Shown here piece after piece: positions 20,000 to 31,061 of a stretch of 64,000 nt of DNA. Under the pieces are notes generated by a model that worked only from the letters and a program-made list of their open reading frames with translations, made no database searches and was not told the DNA's origin. This DNA is from a virus, in IMG/VR virus record IMGVR_UViG_3300009506_000016, positions 1-64,000 of that record, one strand, 5' to 3'. Every line of letters starts with the position of its first letter. Position 1 is the first letter of the stretch. Made by a program: the position numbers and the translations under genes.

Positions 20000-22900
20000 A
20001 TGGCGATTAGACAACTCGGAATACAAATGGTAGTACGCGGTGCAGAACGTTTTGCACGCGATATTTCGCATGTCGCTCTTTCGATGTACAACTATAGCAA
20101 GGCAGTAAACAGCGCAGAAAAGAGTATGATCCGTCTTGCAAGTAGTACGGCCAAACGTGCCGAGACTCAGATGAAATCTCAGGAACGAGTTGTTGCTCGT
20201 ACAACTGATGCTTACTGGAAACAAGCGGCGGCTGTATCAAATCTTATAACAAAGATTAACCAAATGCAATCCGCAATTGCTTTAAAGCCAATTGCTACAG
20301 ATGCAATAACAAGACTATCAGTACATATTGCGAAACTTAAAGTTGGCATTGCTGATGTTCGTAAGGCAATGGGACAAACAGACAATCAAACACTGTTAGA
20401 TGCTTATCAAAAGAAATTTGATAATCTACAATTTAGACTTTCTAGATCAGTATTAGCACTCAATGAATGGAAACAAAAGTTACGTGATGCCCAAAAAGCA
20501 GAAAAAGACATCGGTGATGCTACTGATAAACTTGACGATTCTTATACTAATCTTGAAAACGTATTTGGTAAGTTAGGACAAGAGACAGAAACGCTAACGC
20601 AATATACAGACCAAAACGCCCAGGCTCAACAATCATTACAAGACATACTCGGGCAATCTGGTGGTGTACTTTCAACAATATCGAAGTATTTCTCTGTACT
20701 TACTGGAAAGTTCGGAGAGAACATTGTTGGCGCAACAAAGCTGGATACCGTATTGCTAAAACTTGGATTACAAGGAGCGGCTCTTGGAGTTGCGTTGAAT
20801 GGTGTTGTTCTTGTTCTTGATGCAATCGCAATTGTAGTAAAACTTGTTGTTGGTGCGGTAGGACTTATCATAAATGCCTTTGGAAAACTCTTGTCCATTG
20901 CAGTGAATGTTGGTAAGGCAATTGGCAATTACATTCTAAAAGGACTTAAGGCAATCGCCGCATTACCATTCAAGATAGTGGCTGGTGGATTGAATAGTAT
21001 TTGGCAATCTCTAAAACGGATTGGTGAGATTGCAATTGGCATGAATATTTCCAACCTTATCTGGCATATTGGCGCTCAGATAAAAGATGTTGGCGCTATG
21101 GCGGTTGAGGCCGCTGGTGACTTCCAGCTAATGCAGATTCGGTTGCGTGGTCTTGTGCAACGCGAATTGGCGGAATCGGATGCGAGTTTAGACTTTGCTG
21201 ACTCTCTTGCTGTGGCAACACAACGAGCACAAGAACTATCTTATTGGGTTAGCAATCTAGCAGTGAAGTCAATTTTCAGCGCGGAGGATATCAACAACAC
21301 GCTTACGCTGGCAATGGCTTATGACTTTACAAGTCAGGAAGCTCAGGATCTAACAGAATCAATTATCAATTTCTCAACAGGTATGGGTCTTACTGACGAG
21401 CAAATGCGTAGGATCATTGAGAACTTTGGTCAGATGAAGGCCGCTGGAAAAGCCGCTGGTACTGAATTGCGTGACTTAGCTCGTGGTTCGTTTGTTCCGG
21501 TGAATAAAGTATTTGAACTGATGAATGAGCGTTTGCAATTGGTTGATGCAAGCACAAATAATATTGGCGAGATTAGAACAAAAATTCAAACCATGATATC
21601 TGAGGGATCGATTGATATCAATGAATTCTTCAAGTCATTTATTGAATTATCCGGTACTGCTTTTCCAAATGCAATTGAGCGCTCTCAAACAGCCTGGAAC
21701 GTTGTAAAGTCAAACATTCAAGACTTCATTCAGTCAATTATCGGTTGGCGTGTTATCACACCAACGCTTGATCTTGTATCAGAAAGATTGACATCATTCA
21801 TTGCATCTATGATGACACCAGAGGCTCGGTCACTTGCAGAAAACCTTGGGTCAGCCTTTGCGTTTGTTGCGAAAGGGATCTTCCGGGTATCTGATGCTTT
21901 ATCGCCTACATTCCTTAAGCACTTTGATAAGTACATTGGCTATGCTAACAGTATGCTAAAATCGCTTAAGAGTTTCGCAACAGGCGGAAAATCATACAAC
22001 GAAACGTTTGTAAGTTTGATTGGAAGCTTTGATAATATGGGATTGCGCGGGAAGAACATTCAAGCGATTTCAAAACATATTATCAATCTTACTCAAGCGT
22101 TTTCGAATCTTGTAAGTGGAAAAGGCGATATCAAAGAAACGCTTACAACAATAAAAGATGAAGTTAGTGGACTGTTCACCCTTTTATGGAACGAGTTGAT
22201 TGTCCCTCAAATGAAGAAGATATGGGAAGAAAAACTACTTCCAAAACTAAAGGAGTTGTGGGGATTCATAACCGGATTTGTAACCGATCTTTGGGAAAAT
22301 AAAATCCCGGCATGGTGGGAAGAAACCGGAAAGCCAGCATTGCTTGGACTGATCGCAAAGCTCGTTGAGTGGGTAACTGAATCCGATGATGCTAAAGAGA
22401 TTGGAAAGAAAATAACCAATGGGATTGTAGCCGGTATTCAAGCCGCAAAGGATAGCGGATTTCTCGCGGCTGTATCAGAAATACTTCAAACAGTTTTGAT
22501 ATCCGCCGCTACCGCTGGCGTCCAGGCACTTATTGGAATACTATCTGGTGGTGGTGGTCCAGACCAACAAGCAATATCAGAAGGATCTAATCGACACGCT
22601 GGTACTGACAATGGCGAAGAAGGAATCAGCGGAATAGCCGGTGCGATTGATAATCTCAAAACGAAGGCTCAGGATGCTTTAGATAGTAGTCTATCTGAGT
22701 TCTTTGATCTATTTGAACAAAAGTATCCAGCGCTATTTCAGGCCGGTGATGCGCTTGCTGTTATAGCAACGGCGATCTGGAAAATAACATCCTTGGAGTT
22801 AGAGAACCTAAAAACGATTGTAGAATCAATGGTAAGGATATCAGATGCTCTTGGCGGTCCAATGTCTGATGGGGCTACCAACCTTGATAGTGTGTCTCAG

Positions 22901-23923
22901 TCTATGGAAAATATCGTAAAGCATGTTAGTCCTATATCTCGTATTGCATTCAGCATGGAGAAATTAGCAGACGCATTAGAGCGAATGAATCCTACTGCTC
23001 TTGATTTCTTGAAAAACATTCCAGAGTTCATTACAAACCCTGGCGCTCTTGCTAGTTGGGCGATGGATGCTGGAGCCAATCTTCTCCCCGGCATAACCGG
23101 GACGCCAGGAGAAGCAGTAACAATTGATGTCAAGCCAAACGTTATTGCTCCCGATCCTGACATGACCGGACTTCAAGCGCTATTTGAGAACATAAAAGGA
23201 AGCATTACTGGCCTGTTCACTCCAATGACAGAAAGTGCTACAACGGAAACAGGACTCACGGAATTACAGTTTCAAACATTAAGTGATAGGCTTGTTGGTC
23301 AATCAATCATCCCGGATATGATGACTGCTATCTATGAAGTTATGACATCCAAGTTTACAGAGTTGTACGGATGGGTTGATACAAGTTTTGTCCAGCCTTT
23401 TGTGGGATTATTTACCAGTATTGACTTTACTGCTACGGGCCAGAGAATAGTAGAAACTCTACGTGCTGGACTTGAAGCCGGTGTTCCCGATTTGCTTGCA
23501 TGGTGGGCTACCATCAAAGCACAATTCCAAATAACCGCTAGTGTAAGTTTCTCTTATGCTGGAAAAACAATTCCTTCCGGTGGTAGTGCATTTGATCTTG
23601 GCGCTGGAAAAACTGGAGATACAGGTGATGTTGTAGCGGCAAAAGGAGCGAACTTTGTTGTTCCACCAGGATATCCAAATGACACTTTTAGAATGCGTGT
23701 TTCATCTGGTGAGCAGGTCATTGTTATTCCGAACGCAGTAAAAAGTATACAGAGTCGCTCTGGCTATGGATCTTTATTCTCGATGCGTCAAAACGTGATG
23801 GGTGGAATGAATAATCAAAATACTTATCAAAGTAGTAAAACGTATCAATTGAACGTGAGTGCAAACAGACAGCTAGAAAGCCTTGTGCAAGAATACGAAA
23901 TTATGAGATTATTAGGAGAATAA
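20000..23923 (+). CDS. tape measure protein
   Basis: 1307 aa, helical and Ala/Leu-rich; NFGQMKAAGKAAGTELRDLA tape-measure motif; C-terminal AAKGANFVVPPGYPND..VSSGE. Confidence 0.92.
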   Translation: MAIRQLGIQMVVRGAERFARDISHVALSMYNYSKAVNSAEKSMIRLASSTAKRAETQMKSQERVVARTTDAYWKQAAAVSNLITKINQMQSAIALKPIATDAITRLSVHIAKLKVGIADVRKAMGQTDNQTLLDAYQKKFDNLQFRLSRSVLALNEWKQKLRDAQKAEKDIGDATDKLDDSYTNLENVFGKLGQETETLTQYTDQNAQAQQSLQDILGQSGGVLSTISKYFSVLTGKFGENIVGATKLDTVLLKLGLQGAALGVALNGVVLVLDAIAIVVKLVVGAVGLIINAFGKLLSIAVNVGKAIGNYILKGLKAIAALPFKIVAGGLNSIWQSLKRIGEIAIGMNISNLIWHIGAQIKDVGAMAVEAAGDFQLMQIRLRGLVQRELAESDASLDFADSLAVATQRAQELSYWVSNLAVKSIFSAEDINNTLTLAMAYDFTSQEAQDLTESIINFSTGMGLTDEQMRRIIENFGQMKAAGKAAGTELRDLARGSFVPVNKVFELMNERLQLVDASTNNIGEIRTKIQTMISEGSIDINEFFKSFIELSGTAFPNAIERSQTAWNVVKSNIQDFIQSIIGWRVITPTLDLVSERLTSFIASMMTPEARSLAENLGSAFAFVAKGIFRVSDALSPTFLKHFDKYIGYANSMLKSLKSFATGGKSYNETFVSLIGSFDNMGLRGKNIQAISKHIINLTQAFSNLVSGKGDIKETLTTIKDEVSGLFTLLWNELIVPQMKKIWEEKLLPKLKELWGFITGFVTDLWENKIPAWWEETGKPALLGLIAKLVEWVTESDDAKEIGKKITNGIVAGIQAAKDSGFLAAVSEILQTVLISAATAGVQALIGILSGGGGPDQQAISEGSNRHAGTDNGEEGISGIAGAIDNLKTKAQDALDSSLSEFFDLFEQKYPALFQAGDALAVIATAIWKITSLELENLKTIVESMVRISDALGGPMSDGATNLDSVSQSMENIVKHVSPISRIAFSMEKLADALERMNPTALDFLKNIPEFITNPGALASWAMDAGANLLPGITGTPGEAVTIDVKPNVIAPDPDMTGLQALFENIKGSITGLFTPMTESATTETGLTELQFQTLSDRLVGQSIIPDMMTAIYEVMTSKFTELYGWVDTSFVQPFVGLFTSIDFTATGQRIVETLRAGLEAGVPDLLAWWATIKAQFQITASVSFSYAGKTIPSGGSAFDLGAGKTGDTGDVVAAKGANFVVPPGYPNDTFRMRVSSGEQVIVIPNAVKSIQSRSGYGSLFSMRQNVMGGMNNQNTYQSSKTYQLNVSANRQLESLVQEYEIMRLLGE

Positions 23924-23927
23924 AACA

Positions 23928-26762
23928 ATGAAGCAACTTCTTCCTGATCTGGTTAGTGGGTATGAAATAGCTCCGATAAGCGGATTATTCTCCATTGTTG
24001 AGCCAGAAGAAAGCATAAACTTAATACACAACCCAACGCCTCAATATTGGGATACCGGATATGGCGGGGTAAGTAGCGCTACGGTTACTAGGTCTATTGA
24101 ACAGCAGAGGCGTTCAGAATTCTCTATGAAAGTAGAATCTGGATCTGCAAGCGGTTCTGGTATAGATTATGATGTTACTCTCGATAATGATACACGCTAT
24201 ACATTCAGTGTTGATGTATATGGCTTACCAGGAATTGATTATGCTCTTGAAGTATATTACGGAGCAACGCTTATTGCAAGAAAGATATTTAGATCAAACC
24301 GAAGGTGGCGGAGGCCATATCTTGTTTTTGGTACGACCAGCGCTGGATCTCATTCTTTTCGTGTTACTCAAAGCACCGCAAAGGCGCACACCTATTATAC
24401 CGATGGCTGGCAAGTAGAAGAAAAAAGTCATCCAACCACATTCTTTCATGGTGATATGGAAGGATATGTTGTTGGCGATAGTCCCTATCTGTGGCTTGGC
24501 GCAAAGTACGCATCAAGAAGTTATCGATCAGAAACTACGAATTCTGGTGGTCGTGAGCATTTTCTCCGTGAATTCAATTTTAGGCTCACGGGATATTCTG
24601 GACTTGGAATGTCACCGGTTAACACGCTTACAAGTGAACTCGTACAAGGCGGTAGTTTTTATAATGGATCAGTAAAAAAGGAAAGACCATTTACTCTTGT
24701 AGGTACAATATTTGGATCTTCATCATTTGAGATTGGGAAAAACAGGGCCGGGATAATCAATATTGTTCGTCCTGATAGAAATAAGTTTGCTCAACCAATT
24801 CAAATGCGTTACTATCCAAGAGATGATGAGTCGGATGGTGATGTATACCTTATTAAATGTGTATATCAATCTGGACTTGAGGGAAACATAACTAACCCGT
24901 ATCAAGAACAAGTTGCAATACAATTTTTGCAAACAGATCCAACTATTCAGTTTGATCAGTTTTTTGTTCAAGAACTTGATCAGTTTGAATTCAGCACAAC
25001 TTATACTGCCGCTGATCAGCCTGGGATTATAATCAGGAAAGATGCTCAAAGCGAATTAGTGGAATGTTTGTATGGTGCTAATGGCGATGTGACTGCAATG
25101 ACTTGGTTTCCTGATGGAAACCTTTACTTTGGCGGAGATTTTACCACAGCAGAATCTATAACTCTAAATCATCTCGGTGTTTGGGATGGTGAGAATATTA
25201 GTTACTTGGGATCACCCGGTGATGGAATTGGAGGAATATTTAATTGCGTAAATAAGATGATTGCTGTTCCAAACGGAGAAATATGGATTGCTGGCGGCTT
25301 TGAATATGGTGGAACTGGCGCGGCGCAATCAAGCATGGCAAACCTTATGGCTTACAAACCATCTACAGGAACATGGAGAGCCATAGGAACTCCAAGTCAT
25401 TATGTATATGATATGATCTATCTTGATGGAACAATATTCGTTTGTGGTGTCTTTACTACTATTGGTGGCACTACTGCTTGGAGTGTTGCCAAAACATCCG
25501 ATTTCGGCAATACATGGGAAGCCATAACTGCCGACATGCTCTCAATTTGTTACTGCATAACTGGATACATGGTTAATGGTGAGCCTAGATTATATCTTGG
25601 AGATACGAATCATGGCATTTATTATTTTGATGGAACATCGTATACCGAAATACTTACTTGGCACATAGGTGGCATCGGAACTCAGGCTCTAACATGGGGA
25701 AAATTCATAAAGATACATGATAATGAGCATTATGCAACGGGATGGGTTATTGATGCCACATATTCATATCTATACTTTTATCTTTGGAGAATTACTGGAA
25801 CAAAAGTAGAGCTTGTTGCCAATGTTGATTATTTTGGCATGGATATACCAAGTCTAAAAAACGCTTTGGCTAAATATACGAATAGTGTTCTTGTTGGAAT
25901 AAATGATGGAACAGTGATTATAGGATCTGATGGAAAGACACAAAACTTTCCTGGCGGATACTTTAGTTATAACCATAATCAAATTTTCAGTCCAGGAATT
26001 ATATCGAGTATTACTGGTGTTTCTGTATTTGCAATAAAAAACGATACTGTTGAAAACTCAGAAATAGCTTATGGCTTGTGGAGAGATCCAGAATATGAAA
26101 ACCGAACATACAGCTATTCTCGAAACGTTATACAAAATGATACAGAATCAGAATATTGGCCCAGGATACGAGTTCTTGGCCCAGGATATTTATATTTCTT
26201 GATGAGTGCAGTTGCTAATAAGTACGCACGTTTTAGTAAGTTATATTTGGGAGAGGACGAAGAATTAATCTGCGATTTCTCTCCGGACGGATACAAGTTT
26301 ACTTCTAATTATCGCGGTGATGTTTCAAATAAGTTATACGGATCTCGTTCTCCTAATTTCAGCCTTGATCGCGGAAAAAACATATTCATGTTTGTTTCTG
26401 ATGGATCTAAAGTTCTGTCTGGTGATATGAACGGAGAATCAGTAACTATACTTGGTGCAAATAATGACAATACAGATGATGGGGTTTTGTATGTAACTAT
26501 TAGTGGCTCGTCTACTGATCTACAATGGGACTTCTATAGCGATTCTGGAAAGACTGATCTTGTTGGATCGGCTAATCATGTTGGTACTGGTGCTCCTGCC
26601 GCTGATGATATTCTTCCGATCCAAGAAGAAAATAACTCTGGATTGCATGGCTGGATATTTCTTGATGGTACATATAACACTGGTAACGCTACTATAAAAG
26701 CGTTGCGCGGATATATTTCCTGGAAAAGACATTATGGATCTCTTGATGAAGTGGTGGCCTAA
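23928..26762 (+). CDS. distal tail/baseplate protein with carbohydrate-binding and beta-propeller insertions
   Basis: Follows the tape measure; N-terminal CBM-like domain (YTFSVDV...YYTDGWQVEE), Dit-like segment, LYFGGDFTT propeller repeats. Confidence 0.7.
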   Translation: MKQLLPDLVSGYEIAPISGLFSIVEPEESINLIHNPTPQYWDTGYGGVSSATVTRSIEQQRRSEFSMKVESGSASGSGIDYDVTLDNDTRYTFSVDVYGLPGIDYALEVYYGATLIARKIFRSNRRWRRPYLVFGTTSAGSHSFRVTQSTAKAHTYYTDGWQVEEKSHPTTFFHGDMEGYVVGDSPYLWLGAKYASRSYRSETTNSGGREHFLREFNFRLTGYSGLGMSPVNTLTSELVQGGSFYNGSVKKERPFTLVGTIFGSSSFEIGKNRAGIINIVRPDRNKFAQPIQMRYYPRDDESDGDVYLIKCVYQSGLEGNITNPYQEQVAIQFLQTDPTIQFDQFFVQELDQFEFSTTYTAADQPGIIIRKDAQSELVECLYGANGDVTAMTWFPDGNLYFGGDFTTAESITLNHLGVWDGENISYLGSPGDGIGGIFNCVNKMIAVPNGEIWIAGGFEYGGTGAAQSSMANLMAYKPSTGTWRAIGTPSHYVYDMIYLDGTIFVCGVFTTIGGTTAWSVAKTSDFGNTWEAITADMLSICYCITGYMVNGEPRLYLGDTNHGIYYFDGTSYTEILTWHIGGIGTQALTWGKFIKIHDNEHYATGWVIDATYSYLYFYLWRITGTKVELVANVDYFGMDIPSLKNALAKYTNSVLVGINDGTVIIGSDGKTQNFPGGYFSYNHNQIFSPGIISSITGVSVFAIKNDTVENSEIAYGLWRDPEYENRTYSYSRNVIQNDTESEYWPRIRVLGPGYLYFLMSAVANKYARFSKLYLGEDEELICDFSPDGYKFTSNYRGDVSNKLYGSRSPNFSLDRGKNIFMFVSDGSKVLSGDMNGESVTILGANNDNTDDGVLYVTISGSSTDLQWDFYSDSGKTDLVGSANHVGTGAPAADDILPIQEENNSGLHGWIFLDGTYNTGNATIKALRGYISWKRHYGSLDEVVA

Positions 26763-27892
26763 TGAGTACTCGGTTTGCTGAATATACAGTTGAATATTTC
26801 AATCGTCTTGGAACTTCTATGGGAACGATTCAGTATTTCCATAAGCTCGAATATGCTAAAAAAGAAAATGAGATAGGATATCTATATATTGACGTTCCAA
26901 ACATATATCCGATAAACTTCTTTGAGATAGATGGCTATTTCGTGGTTCACAGAAAAATTGGTGCTTTACCAGATTACGTTGAACTCAATGCAATGTGGTA
27001 CATAAGGCTTGTGCGCACAAAATACGATAAGGGAATCAGCCTTGTTCATATTGCATGTAGAGATGCAGTAGATATTGTAGATCGCCGAATAGTTGCTTAT
27101 GATTGTGCATCTGATTATTCCAACAAGACTGATCAGGGTGATGCAATGATGAAAGCTATTATGCGTGAGAACTTTGGGTCACTTGCAACCGACTCTAACC
27201 GTGATATATCGGATTTTCTATCAATCGAAGATGACGATACAAATAGCGCATGTCCAGAAATAACAAAAGAGTTTTGTAGGAGAAAGGTGCTTCCATTACT
27301 ACAAGATATTGTCGAAGAAGTGAAAGCAAATGATTTTTATATTGCATTCGATGTAGTCTATGGTGCTACCGGTATTCCTCAATTCAAAACATACACCGGA
27401 CAACGTGGAGTATACAAAGGGATAACATCAGAAAGCTCGTTTGTGTTTTCTATCGAGCGTGGAAACCTTGAATATGCCACTATAGCTTATGATCATCTTG
27501 AGGAATATAATTATATCTACGCGGGTGGTAGAGGAAAAGATGATGACAGAGTTATTGCGGTTGCTTATGATGAAGATTGGATTGCTCTTTCTCCAATAAA
27601 CCGCAGAGAGGATTGGATCGATGCTGGCGATAAAGAATCATATGAAAATGTGTTATCCGAAGCTACCATGCGGTTACAAGAGGCAGGACCAAAGGTATCG
27701 GTCAACGGGCATATCATCCAAACCATAGACAGCATATACGGTTACCATTACAATTTTGGAGATGTATGTGTATTCATGTTTGAAGGTAAAAGCCTTGATA
27801 TTCATCTTGATTCCGTTCATGTAACTGTTACAGGAAACGACAATGAAGATATTCAAATATATACACGTAACCTTGATGACACGGAGTATTAA
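26762..27892 (+). CDS. minor tail protein (ReqiPepy6 Gp37-like)
   Basis: VFS.E.GNL, N.IYAGGRG....R, RRE.WIDA, YG.HYNFGD motifs. Confidence 0.75.
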   Translation: MSTRFAEYTVEYFNRLGTSMGTIQYFHKLEYAKKENEIGYLYIDVPNIYPINFFEIDGYFVVHRKIGALPDYVELNAMWYIRLVRTKYDKGISLVHIACRDAVDIVDRRIVAYDCASDYSNKTDQGDAMMKAIMRENFGSLATDSNRDISDFLSIEDDDTNSACPEITKEFCRRKVLPLLQDIVEEVKANDFYIAFDVVYGATGIPQFKTYTGQRGVYKGITSESSFVFSIERGNLEYATIAYDHLEEYNYIYAGGRGKDDDRVIAVAYDEDWIALSPINRREDWIDAGDKESYENVLSEATMRLQEAGPKVSVNGHIIQTIDSIYGYHYNFGDVCVFMFEGKSLDIHLDSVHVTVTGNDNEDIQIYTRNLDDTEY

Positions 27893-28677
27893 TGGACGCG
27901 CAGACAGCTAGAAAAATACATGAACTTGAAAGAAAGATAGAAAGATTATCGGCTATAGAGCATGGAAGCTCTATCGGCGATGTATATGGAGCGTTCCGGG
28001 CATTGCCTTATGTAAGAGCATACTGGCCGATGAGTGATTATTATTTAAACCTTAAAGATCATAGTGTTCACGGAAATAATCTTACTGGTGTTTCACCAAG
28101 TCCTATAAGATATACATCAAACGGTTTATTTACTTATACAACTTATGATGGCGTTTCACAATATTTTTATATGTTGGACAGCGGAGCTATTGAACCTGGA
28201 GCTTATGGAACATTTGGTGGATGGTTTTATCCTCAAGATTTTAGTTACACACAAGGTCTGTTTGCAAAATGGAATTCATCAACCGCTAATGATAGGTCGT
28301 GGATGATATGGAATGCGTCAACATCTAATGTTCTTGAATTCACTGTATCAGGTGATGGAATAAACAGAGTTTGGACTGATTTATCAAACATACCATTAAA
28401 CCAATGGATATTTATTGTTGCAAGAATGCACTCTAGTGTAAGTATAAAACTAAATTTATTCTCAAAATACGACACTAGAGAAAGCTCTAACACAACGAGT
28501 ATTCCGGCAACACTGTATAATGGCAATGCAGAATTAAGAGTTGGTCACGCATCAAGCACATCAACTACAACTCCTTACAAGGGATATATTTCTAATTTAT
28601 TCTTTTGCACGTCAGAAATGACTGATAGGATTATAGAAAATCTATTCAGCATCAGTAGAGTATTTTATGGCGTATAG
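27892..28677 (+). CDS. LamG/concanavalin A-like tail protein
   Basis: AYWPM...D.S.HGN.LT, TFGGWF, NQWIFIV. Confidence 0.75.
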   Translation: MDAQTARKIHELERKIERLSAIEHGSSIGDVYGAFRALPYVRAYWPMSDYYLNLKDHSVHGNNLTGVSPSPIRYTSNGLFTYTTYDGVSQYFYMLDSGAIEPGAYGTFGGWFYPQDFSYTQGLFAKWNSSTANDRSWMIWNASTSNVLEFTVSGDGINRVWTDLSNIPLNQWIFIVARMHSSVSIKLNLFSKYDTRESSNTTSIPATLYNGNAELRVGHASSTSTTTPYKGYISNLFFCTSEMTDRIIENLFSISRVFYGV

Positions 28678-28725
28678 GTGTTATAATACTGTTAGACAAC
28701 AGTGAGAAATAAGAAAGGCAATTTC

Positions 28726-29250
28726 ATGCTAGACGATAAAATCGTAGTCAACATTCAAACACTTATTGCTATAGCTGTGCCACTTTTAACTTTGTTAGGT
28801 GCTGGCATTACTAAATTATTTGATTATAGGAATCAACTAGCAACAATAAAGCTAGAGAATAGGAAAACAGATCTTGATGATGAACGAGTAGACATTGAAC
28901 GCATGAATAGTGATGCAAGTGCCGCCGCAAATCTCGCAGATGTATTATCAACAGTTGTTCAGCCGCTTGCAAACCGAATATCTATGCTTGAGGATGAGGC
29001 AATCGCACGACAGAAGATGATCATTGAATTATCTGATACTGTCTATGAACTCAAGAAAACAATTCGTGATAAAGACGAAGAACTTGATAAATTGAGGAAA
29101 GAATACGATGTGCAGGTTGCAATATCAGCAGAGCAAGAAGTAAGAATTTGTGAGCAAAATGATAAAATTTCCGCTCAGGAACTCCGCATTATTGAGTTGG
29201 AAATGAAGATAAAGGAAATGAAAAAAGCGGAAGAATGTAAGGAAGATTAG
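28726..29250 (+). CDS. membrane-anchored coiled-coil protein (possibly lysis-associated)
   Basis: N-terminal transmembrane helix followed by heptad repeats. Confidence 0.6.
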   Translation: MLDDKIVVNIQTLIAIAVPLLTLLGAGITKLFDYRNQLATIKLENRKTDLDDERVDIERMNSDASAAANLADVLSTVVQPLANRISMLEDEAIARQKMIIELSDTVYELKKTIRDKDEELDKLRKEYDVQVAISAEQEVRICEQNDKISAQELRIIELEMKIKEMKKAEECKED

Positions 29251-29251
29251 A

Positions 29252-29578
29252 ATGGAAAACTTAGCAAACACTTACCAATCACTCAGTAGTATTCTTGTAT
29301 GGCTAACCGGTACTGGCGGTGGAGCTTGGCTTATTGTGGCATGGCTTGTTTCTTGGATTGCCGAAGATATTCCGGCATGGGCGAAACTGAATTCAAAACT
29401 GAAAACCGTTATTATGCTCGTGGTAGCTGGCGCTATTGGAGCGGGTGGACAGGCGCTATTGTTTCGTCCAGAGGTTGTTGCGGCGATTGATCCTTACGTC
29501 CGTCCATTCATGTACAGTGCTATGATTTGGCTTACCAATCAGCTTGCTCACGGAAAGAACCCACTGCGAAAAGAATAG
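29252..29578 (+). CDS. holin-like membrane protein
   Basis: 108 aa, 2-3 hydrophobic helices, basic C-terminus, last gene of the structural operon. Confidence 0.55.
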   Translation: MENLANTYQSLSSILVWLTGTGGGAWLIVAWLVSWIAEDIPAWAKLNSKLKTVIMLVVAGAIGAGGQALLFRPEVVAAIDPYVRPFMYSAMIWLTNQLAHGKNPLRKE

Positions 29579-29592
29579 AATTTGGGGGAATC

Positions 29593-29622
29593 AAAAAGGC
29601 CGGGCTTATGACCCGGCCTTTT
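29593..29622. terminator. bidirectional terminator between the convergent arms
   Basis: AAAAAGGCCGGG-CTTATGA-CCCGGCCTTTT. Confidence 0.85.
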
Positions 29623-29628
29623 ATTTTT

Positions 29629-29847
29629 CTACACGTTCCTCACGGCGCTGTAGAAATTATATTCGGATGAATTAGTAAGATATGGTCTAGCACACATATC
29701 CAAATAATCATGTGTTGATGCTCCGTATGGTACTGATATATTAACAGTTACCAGACTCCCTGTTTTCTTATGCTGATAAGTAATTGTCCAGGGAAGATTA
29801 GGGATTTCAACATCGTTAAGATTAATTTTTTTATTCTTGTTACCCAT
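29629..29847 (-). CDS. hypothetical protein
   Basis: Start MGNKNKK with GGAG SD. Confidence 0.6.
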   Translation of the reverse strand: MGNKNKKINLNDVEIPNLPWTITYQHKKTGSLVTVNISVPYGASTHDYLDMCARPYLTNSSEYNFYSAVRNV

Positions 29848-30712
29848 ATATAAACTCCAATTCTCGAATAGCGTTTCCAATAGTTGTGTTATTCATAATA
29901 CTGTATAGATCAATAATATCAAGACCAATGGGATGATACAGTTGACATCTTGAACTTAAACATCTTGCTCTGTTGGTCACGGTATCAATCGTGAAACTTG
30001 GATGCCTGTCTTTATGATTTGGATGAATACATCGTGACATCCAGTATCTTCCATCGGCTGATGTTCGGCGCGTGAAAGCAAACTGAGATACAAAGTTTAG
30101 AATCGAAATACGGCTCTTGAGTTCTGTTATGGACACCTGAGCGCCAATATCAAATAGGTCTTTTGTATGTAATCCATCACCGTGATAATTCTCAGGCGCA
30201 TATTCGGGAAACACATTTCCAAGTGTTTCAATCTCCATAAGGTCATCAGGAGATCCGATTGCTTCATATTTCATTCCGGTAGGATGAATAGATGGCGGTG
30301 CAAGTGTATAATTGCCACTACAACGTACATCGATACTTGTATCCGGGTATTTCCTTGAGTTTTCCTTTCGTGATGTTTTTAGATACAGGTGCATTCCTCT
30401 TGGCGTTCTAACACGATATGTTTTTGCCGCAATTACTTTCCACTGGTCGTCACGCCTGATCATATCTTTGCGCCAATCGTGATAACTGTTAATGTCATCA
30501 AAATCGAGTATAGCTAAATTTTGAGGACCGCCACAAACAACGGCTAAATTCCTATCGTCTTGACTGAACCAATAATCAACAACCTTTCTTGGCGGTATCC
30601 TGTTTTGCCACATCTTCCAATCGATAGCGGGTCTTTTTGACAAGTGCATTATCGGAATCGGAGCGATTCCTTTACTCATCCACAACAGAGCGGTTTGTTG
30701 AAGATCGTTCAT
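29840..30712 (-). CDS. bifunctional DNA primase/polymerase (AEP Prim-Pol) with C-terminal CHC2-type Zn finger
   Basis: ILDFDD, TPRGMHLY, YTLAPPSIHPTG; CIHPNH.D.HPSF...CLSSRC. Confidence 0.88.
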   Translation of the reverse strand: MNDLQQTALLWMSKGIAPIPIMHLSKRPAIDWKMWQNRIPPRKVVDYWFSQDDRNLAVVCGGPQNLAILDFDDINSYHDWRKDMIRRDDQWKVIAAKTYRVRTPRGMHLYLKTSRKENSRKYPDTSIDVRCSGNYTLAPPSIHPTGMKYEAIGSPDDLMEIETLGNVFPEYAPENYHGDGLHTKDLFDIGAQVSITELKSRISILNFVSQFAFTRRTSADGRYWMSRCIHPNHKDRHPSFTIDTVTNRARCLSSRCQLYHPIGLDIIDLYSIMNNTTIGNAIRELEFIYG

Positions 30713-30723
30713 ATTACAATTCC

Positions 30724-30885
30724 TTATGTATATAATTTTATGTCCATTATGGAATGAATTCGTCTTTTATGATCACTGAAACGCTCGCTATCTGCTCGCA
30801 AACGGCCATAGCCATTCATCTTCCAGGGTTTGCACATTAGGCATCCAGCCCGAGCGCTCTTTGGTTTCTTGCGTTTGTGATTCAT
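30724..30885 (-). CDS. small basic CxxC protein (53 aa, MNHKRKKPKSARAGCLMCKPWK...)
   Basis: Below the ORF-track cutoff; ATGA-coupled to the upstream ORF. Confidence 0.6.
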   Translation of the reverse strand: MNHKRKKPKSARAGCLMCKPWKMNGYGRLRADSERFSDHKRRIHSIMDIKLYT

Positions 30886-31061
30886 TTCCAATAATCCACT
30901 ATTATAAAACCATGCTTTTCCTGTTCAAGATTAGGGCAATAGTATTGATGAAATGACAAATGTACAATGTGACCATCCTGAAATGCCCAACAAATAAGAA
31001 ACGGCCCTATCCATATCGACTTGAAAAATCCAACAAGATCAATGCTAATAAACTTTACCAT
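30882..31061 (-). CDS. small hypothetical protein (59 aa)
   Basis: Fills the gap; start and stop overlap both neighbours. Confidence 0.5.
   Translation of the reverse strand: MVKFISIDLVGFFKSIWIGPFLICWAFQDGHIVHLSFHQYYCPNLEQEKHGFIIVDYWK

Noticed and set aside
29593-29640. Strand-switch point read as a prophage attachment site or genome end
   Set aside because: Only a bidirectional terminator is seen, with no integrase, att-like repeat or host genes.
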